Shown here: in pieces, positions 26,710 to 30,996 of the stretch
Numbering within the stretch: position 1 is the stretch's first letter
Layout of the letters: every line of letters starts with the position of its first letter
Source of the DNA: a bacterium
GTDB taxonomy: Bacteria; Zhuqueibacterota; Zhuqueibacteria; Zhuqueibacterales; Zhuqueibacteraceae
Direction: 5' to 3'
Assembly (NCBI GenBank): GCA_044869275.1
Contig: JBIOXB010000204.1
Span: 1-30,996, forward strand
DNA: 30,996 nucleotides
Position numbers and translations under genes: made by a program
The notes under the pieces: model-generated
The model's input: only the letters and a program-made list of their open reading frames with translations
Databases searched by the model: none
Told to the model about the DNA's origin: nothing

Positions 26710-27514
26710 ATGGTTCAAAAACTTGTATGCAAACATATTGTTTTCTAAACTCAAACCCGCGATCAGGCCAGGTGTTTACGTACTTGATTAATGCTTCCCG
26801 CCCAGCAGCAAAATCTTCACCATTGATCCTGCAATCGGCATCAATATTGCCGTCATCTTCTCTCATCGCAAATAAACGCACGCCAAAGAATTCTTTGTTT
26901 TCCAAATGATTGCCAAATGCTTCGACGCTATTCATGAAGAGACAACAGGGGCAAAATGAATGTTCATATTTCTCCATATCTGTTGTATCCGTGACAAAAT
27001 GCGCCGTTGGGCCAAGGACAATTCTTCTTTCAAATGCGCCACTCTCTGGGTCATGAAATGTCTTTCTTAATGAGGTGCAGTTTATGAGATCTCTATTTAG
27101 AGATTCCAGCAATACGATCAAATCCGTATCAATCCAATATTGAAAACCTTTGGAGATGGAGCCGATGGGATCGTCTCTCGCGGCATGCTGATACTCGAAC
27201 AATCCGTTCGGAATCAAATCTTGATGGCCAACTTCAATGGTAGTCGTTGATGATAAACCACCGTCTTCTGATGGCTCTATCGCGACGATCTGTGGCTGTA
27301 GAGTGAAACCGGATTCAAGCATTAACCAACCATCATGGATAGCGTGCTCAAGCTTTTGCGACTTCAATACCTCAGACAAGCACTTTACGAGATCAACTTC
27401 TTCTTCCCAGCTTTCGCGCCGATTTGCAACGCCTATTTTGAATGTGGAACCATCACCGGGGTTGGTTTTAGAAAGGGCTGGCTTTGTCGATTTTGAACGA
27501 AACCAATTTGACAT
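26702..27514 (-). CDS. DUF6348-like hypothetical protein
   Basis: 270 aa; LFEYQH, RRIVLGP, H.FCPCCL, ADCRING, WP..GFEFRKQYV motifs; family name recalled from memory. Confidence 0.6.
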   Translation of the reverse strand: MSNWFRSKSTKPALSKTNPGDGSTFKIGVANRRESWEEEVDLVKCLSEVLKSQKLEHAIHDGWLMLESGFTLQPQIVAIEPSEDGGLSSTTTIEVGHQDLIPNGLFEYQHAARDDPIGSISKGFQYWIDTDLIVLLESLNRDLINCTSLRKTFHDPESGAFERRIVLGPTAHFVTDTTDMEKYEHSFCPCCLFMNSVEAFGNHLENKEFFGVRLFAMREDDGNIDADCRINGEDFAAGREALIKYVNTWPDRGFEFRKQYVCIQVFEPYG

Positions 27515-27538
27515 AAGAGCATCTCTTCAAAAAATACT

Positions 27539-28039
27539 CTAGACAAACCGTTTACTCAGCTGGTCCACTCTTTTTAAGAGGGTTGGGATTCTGTGCTCAC
27601 CATGCATGCGCATGATGAAGCCTTTTGCCTCTGTTTCACTGACACCAACCGCCGTCACATACAAGGCGCGCTTGCTTCTTCCTCTAAAAATCTCTGCTTC
27701 AGCCGGCGTGTCTTTGAACCGGCTCTTGGCCACACCGATGATGACGGGCTTTCCCTCAAGCACCTCATACAAATGCTTGCCGAAGCCGGGCTTTTGGTTG
27801 CCGTCAAGATAGACGTAACCGTCAATGACAATGAATTCCGGTAATTGCTCGAGCTGTTGCAAAAGCGTCAAGACGCAAGGCAGTTCACGCTTGTAAAATT
27901 GGCCCGGTTCATAATCTGCGACCTTGAGAATGGGAGCGATCAATTCCTCGACAGGCTCACTATCCTGCCAGTTTTGAAACAACACCCCTGCTGCAACGGC
28001 TTTGTCCGCTCGATAATTGACATCAACGGCAAAAATCAT
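27539..28039 (-). CDS. nfi: Endonuclease V family protein (short form), copy 2
   Basis: Same motifs; 143/166 aa identical to 23827-24327 by hand count. Confidence 0.88.
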   Translation of the reverse strand: MIFAVDVNYRADKAVAAGVLFQNWQDSEPVEELIAPILKVADYEPGQFYKRELPCVLTLLQQLEQLPEFIVIDGYVYLDGNQKPGFGKHLYEVLEGKPVIIGVAKSRFKDTPAEAEIFRGRSKRALYVTAVGVSETEAKGFIMRMHGEHRIPTLLKRVDQLSKRFV

Positions 28040-28093
28040 ACTCTAAGGGCTCGTTCGCTCATGTGGCCTTGATTGTGAGGCTGGAAGAGATAA

Positions 28094-28810
28094 CTAAGGG
28101 ACGATTATTACCAGGACTTCGTTGCTACCGCTGCTTACCATGCCTTCGGTATCAACCACAAAGACCCGGTAATAATAGAAACCACCGGGCAGCGACGCGT
28201 TATCAACAAAGAAAGTGCTATCGACAGCACCGGTGGTGTAGAGCAAATCAGAAGAGAGCGTCACACCGGGAGAATCCGCTCGATACATCTTATAGGCAGC
28301 AAAATCCAAATCCAGGCTTTTGGTCCAGTTGAAAATGCGGGTTTGAGAATCATAACTCAATGTAGGCCTGTCGGGCGGAATGGGAGCCAGTCTAATTTGG
28401 ACGGTAAAAGTGTCTTCAGTAATATCCATACCCTTTGTGTTGCCATGGTACTGAATAATGCCGTTTGAATCATAAGCTTCTACGCGAAACGTTCGGTCTT
28501 CGCCTTTTGGAACGGAGATCGTTCCCTTCGCGCTACGACCGGAGATGCTTAGTTCTTTTGTTGCAAGCTCCTCATAGCTTTCGGTCTCAAATACACCAGT
28601 AAACACCGTGACCACGACTGTCGAGATAGTTGTCAACGTGCCTGCTTTCATGAAACTCTGGGAAGCAGCGAGCTCAATCTCTAAAGCAATCTGAGCAGAA
28701 CCTTCTGGTGCCAGCGAGAATTGACATGAAATCATGATGGGCAGCAAAAGACATGAAAACAGCAAGATCATGCGTCGCCCTGAAGGTTTTTGACTCAAGA
28801 ATTCAAACAT
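28094..28810 (-). CDS. Putative lipoprotein with beta-sandwich and fibronectin type III-like domains
   Basis: Hydrophobic leader ending MISC; WTKS.D.DF..YK.YR..., F.D..L..G.YYYRVFVVD..G....SNEV is an FN3-like pattern. Confidence 0.68.
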   Translation of the reverse strand: MFEFLSQKPSGRRMILLFSCLLLPIMISCQFSLAPEGSAQIALEIELAASQSFMKAGTLTTISTVVVTVFTGVFETESYEELATKELSISGRSAKGTISVPKGEDRTFRVEAYDSNGIIQYHGNTKGMDITEDTFTVQIRLAPIPPDRPTLSYDSQTRIFNWTKSLDLDFAAYKMYRADSPGVTLSSDLLYTTGAVDSTFFVDNASLPGGFYYYRVFVVDTEGMVSSGSNEVLVIIVP

Positions 28811-28837
28811 GCCAAGCGCCCTCCAAATTCGTGGTTC

Positions 28838-29680
28838 TCACCAACTGACAGTGATCGTCCCTTGTGCCTGATTGTCATCTGGTGGCGGTTTGAGCAACTG
28901 CCAGGCGGCTACACCAGTGCCCACGGCTGCAGGAACCCAAAACCAGGGTTTTTGCCAGAAGGGTCTGAAGTGGCTCCATAACTCAATGTGGTTTGTGTGT
29001 ATCAGTCGTAAATATCTAGCGGTCTCCTGAGGGGATAAATTTAACCTTGCCGGAGCCTCACCGGGCACAGCCTGGGCCGCATCCATCGGTTTCAGCAGCA
29101 GACTGTCTCCGCCTGCGAAGACCGTAACCTCTCCTTCATCCACGAAGACTGTTGTGCGTCCGCTTCCTCTTTCAACCGTCATCATGTAGCGTGTGCCGTG
29201 GTGTTTGACCTCCATTGCGGGACTTCTTACCGTAATCAAATCTCGCAACCCGTCAGCGACAAACGAGCCATAAGTAACAAAGAAACCATAATACCCCAGC
29301 CTGACCGGATCCTTCTGAATCTCATACGCTGCAGCAGGCAGAGCGGTGTCCTTGGTGTCGCCCCAAAGCGTGAAGTGACCGGCGGCTGTAGGGCTTTTCA
29401 TATCCAACTCGGCGAACGTGAAAGGCCTGATGAGCACGCGATCTTTGTCGTAGAGCTTTGCTTTTTTCCCGGCCTTTTCCCAGTCCGGTTTGTTATGTTT
29501 TTTGTATTGCACCCTGTCCGTCGGATCCTTGATTTCTTGCTCTTTGCCGTTCCGCTTAGAAGCAATCTTACTGATTTGCGCTCGAAACTGATTCTGCGCA
29601 ACTGCAGGTTGGCCAGTCAAGGTTAACAAGATCAGGAATATGATCAGGGCTATAGCCGGGATTGCGTGTCTTTGCTTCAA
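28838..29680 (-). CDS. Secreted FecR-like domain protein with C-terminal membrane segment
   Basis: TTG start coupled to the upstream stop with AAGGAGG RBS; signal peptide; VRSP...HGTRY...T.V.V.EGEV.V motif; C-terminal PFWQKPWFW plus hydrophobic Gly/Ala stretch. Confidence 0.72.
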   Translation of the reverse strand: MKQRHAIPAIALIIFLILLTLTGQPAVAQNQFRAQISKIASKRNGKEQEIKDPTDRVQYKKHNKPDWEKAGKKAKLYDKDRVLIRPFTFAELDMKSPTAAGHFTLWGDTKDTALPAAAYEIQKDPVRLGYYGFFVTYGSFVADGLRDLITVRSPAMEVKHHGTRYMMTVERGSGRTTVFVDEGEVTVFAGGDSLLLKPMDAAQAVPGEAPARLNLSPQETARYLRLIHTNHIELWSHFRPFWQKPWFWVPAAVGTGVAAWQLLKPPPDDNQAQGTITVSW

Positions 29681-30648
29681 TTCTCCCCTCCTTTGCTGGT
29701 GTGGATCGGATGTTGATCAAAGAGATTGACTTCACCTGTTCTTGTGAGCCAGGTCAAATCTGTTCTCCGGATCTGCCAGATTTTCTTGTGCTGCCTGCTA
29801 TAGAAGTAGTAGTCATCTCCCTCGCGGTGAATCAAGATCAGCGGAGTGCCAAATGTCGGTAGACCATCAGGGTGGTCATTGCGCAGCGCAAATTCTGCCG
29901 TTGGATAGTTTTTGGAGATGAGCAGTATCCCATAATTGACCGGCAGGTACAGCAGTTGCAGAATGATCAGTAGCAAAGCGCTGATGGAGAGAACCGATCG
30001 CCAGGGCGCCGTTACCTGCTCACCGGTCTTGGCATTTGGCTGATGGCGCCAATGTTCCAGCGGGGCATGTGCCAGGATGGAAAGTAGTGCCACACCAAGC
30101 AGGACGGCAAAATACTTCTGGCGCTGGTTGGAACCCTCGGCAGTCATATCAATGAGCCAGGAATAACCGGGAACGGCTGCCTCAAACAGGAGGTCGTTTT
30201 GTTGCACCAATTTCAGTGACAGAGTGAGAAACAACACTAATAGAACCAGATTGAACAGGACTTGTAACACGATAACAAAGCGTATGGCCAGTTTTCTGAG
30301 CGTATTGCCCAGGCTGTTTACAAGATTGCGGATCAGCTTGATTCGCAATAGCAGCCGCGCAACAACGAGTGCAGTCAGCGCATAAAGAAGCCACTCGAAA
30401 TTGCGTGCGGCAAGTTCCAACAAGCTGTCCCAGAAATAAACTACCATATTGGGGAAGTACGAAAAAAACTGCCCGCCGCTGAACAAATACTGGCTGTAGT
30501 CGACCGAGATGTGCGTAAGCCCCAGGAAATGATGGTGCGCCTGCATAGCCAGAAAGCCAACCACATAGAAAATCGCCGTAAGCCCCCCGACCGAGGCGCC
30601 GATCACACCCAGGAATCGTTTGGCGGGTTCAAAGGCCTTTTCAAACAT
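29677..30648 (-). CDS. Hypothetical integral membrane protein
   Basis: 323-aa ORF with about 5-6 hydrophobic segments and a small C-terminal beta domain; translationally coupled to the FecR-like gene. Confidence 0.75.
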   Translation of the reverse strand: MFEKAFEPAKRFLGVIGASVGGLTAIFYVVGFLAMQAHHHFLGLTHISVDYSQYLFSGGQFFSYFPNMVVYFWDSLLELAARNFEWLLYALTALVVARLLLRIKLIRNLVNSLGNTLRKLAIRFVIVLQVLFNLVLLVLFLTLSLKLVQQNDLLFEAAVPGYSWLIDMTAEGSNQRQKYFAVLLGVALLSILAHAPLEHWRHQPNAKTGEQVTAPWRSVLSISALLLIILQLLYLPVNYGILLISKNYPTAEFALRNDHPDGLPTFGTPLILIHREGDDYYFYSRQHKKIWQIRRTDLTWLTRTGEVNLFDQHPIHTSKGGEN

Positions 30649-30996
30649 GGTGAAGATCTTTCGAGTCGATCTTCCTGTTCGCCGCTTTATGTTTTCTTTC
30701 TGGCGACGGTTGGATTTTTATTGTGCTAGCCATTTTCAAATGACGCCTTTGAGTATTGGCAAAAGCGACAGAAATCAGCGTGATTCTGTCGCGTAAACCT
30801 GTCAGGTGATTTGCGGATTGGTACTTCCAAGCACCTAGAACCTCAATTTTGCATCAAATCTGGCTGGCAACGAAAAAACCCGCATGATGTTTTTTCCTTC
30901 TTCCGCTTACTACTTGTTAAATGGACACAAAAAGTGCTCAAAACTCTTGCGGTTTTTGAGAGATTTTTTTGCTCAGAACACAAGGCGCAACCCAGC

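Overview
Bacterial genomic window in which every credible gene lies on the minus strand. An Omp85 barrel and periplasmic proteins imply a diderm host; lineage cannot be fixed from sequence alone. Four zones. (1) 1-3.9 kb: accessory/decay zone with a GNAT acetyltransferase, a DUF3891-like protein and four broken genes (CcbP-like, SAM methyltransferase, nitrilase family, LPG-synthase-TM paralogue). (2) 3.9-22.4 kb: a coherent envelope-stress/lipid-aminoacylation locus. A HAMP histidine kinase and a sigma54 enhancer-binding response regulator precede two sigma54 promoters of identical geometry (tandem GGCAWWWTGCC boxes, IHF site, -24/-12). Downstream lie a single-domain REC protein, a peptidoglycan-binding protein, a triple-BON protein, DegQ, MgtE, a peptidase/PD40/Omp85 fusion, MprF-like synthase, a separate flippase-like protein, DUF421, AcvB/VirJ and an MFS transporter. 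(3) 22.6-28.0 kb: a class C acid phosphatase, then an island with two 86%-identical endonuclease V genes bracketing a DUF6348-like gene and three small multi-TM helical proteins, plus MITE/REP elements. (4) 28.1-30.6 kb: membrane protein, FecR-like protein and lipoprotein. No rRNA, tRNA, CRISPR array, integrase or transposase was seen. All family calls come from motif recognition by eye, not database searches.
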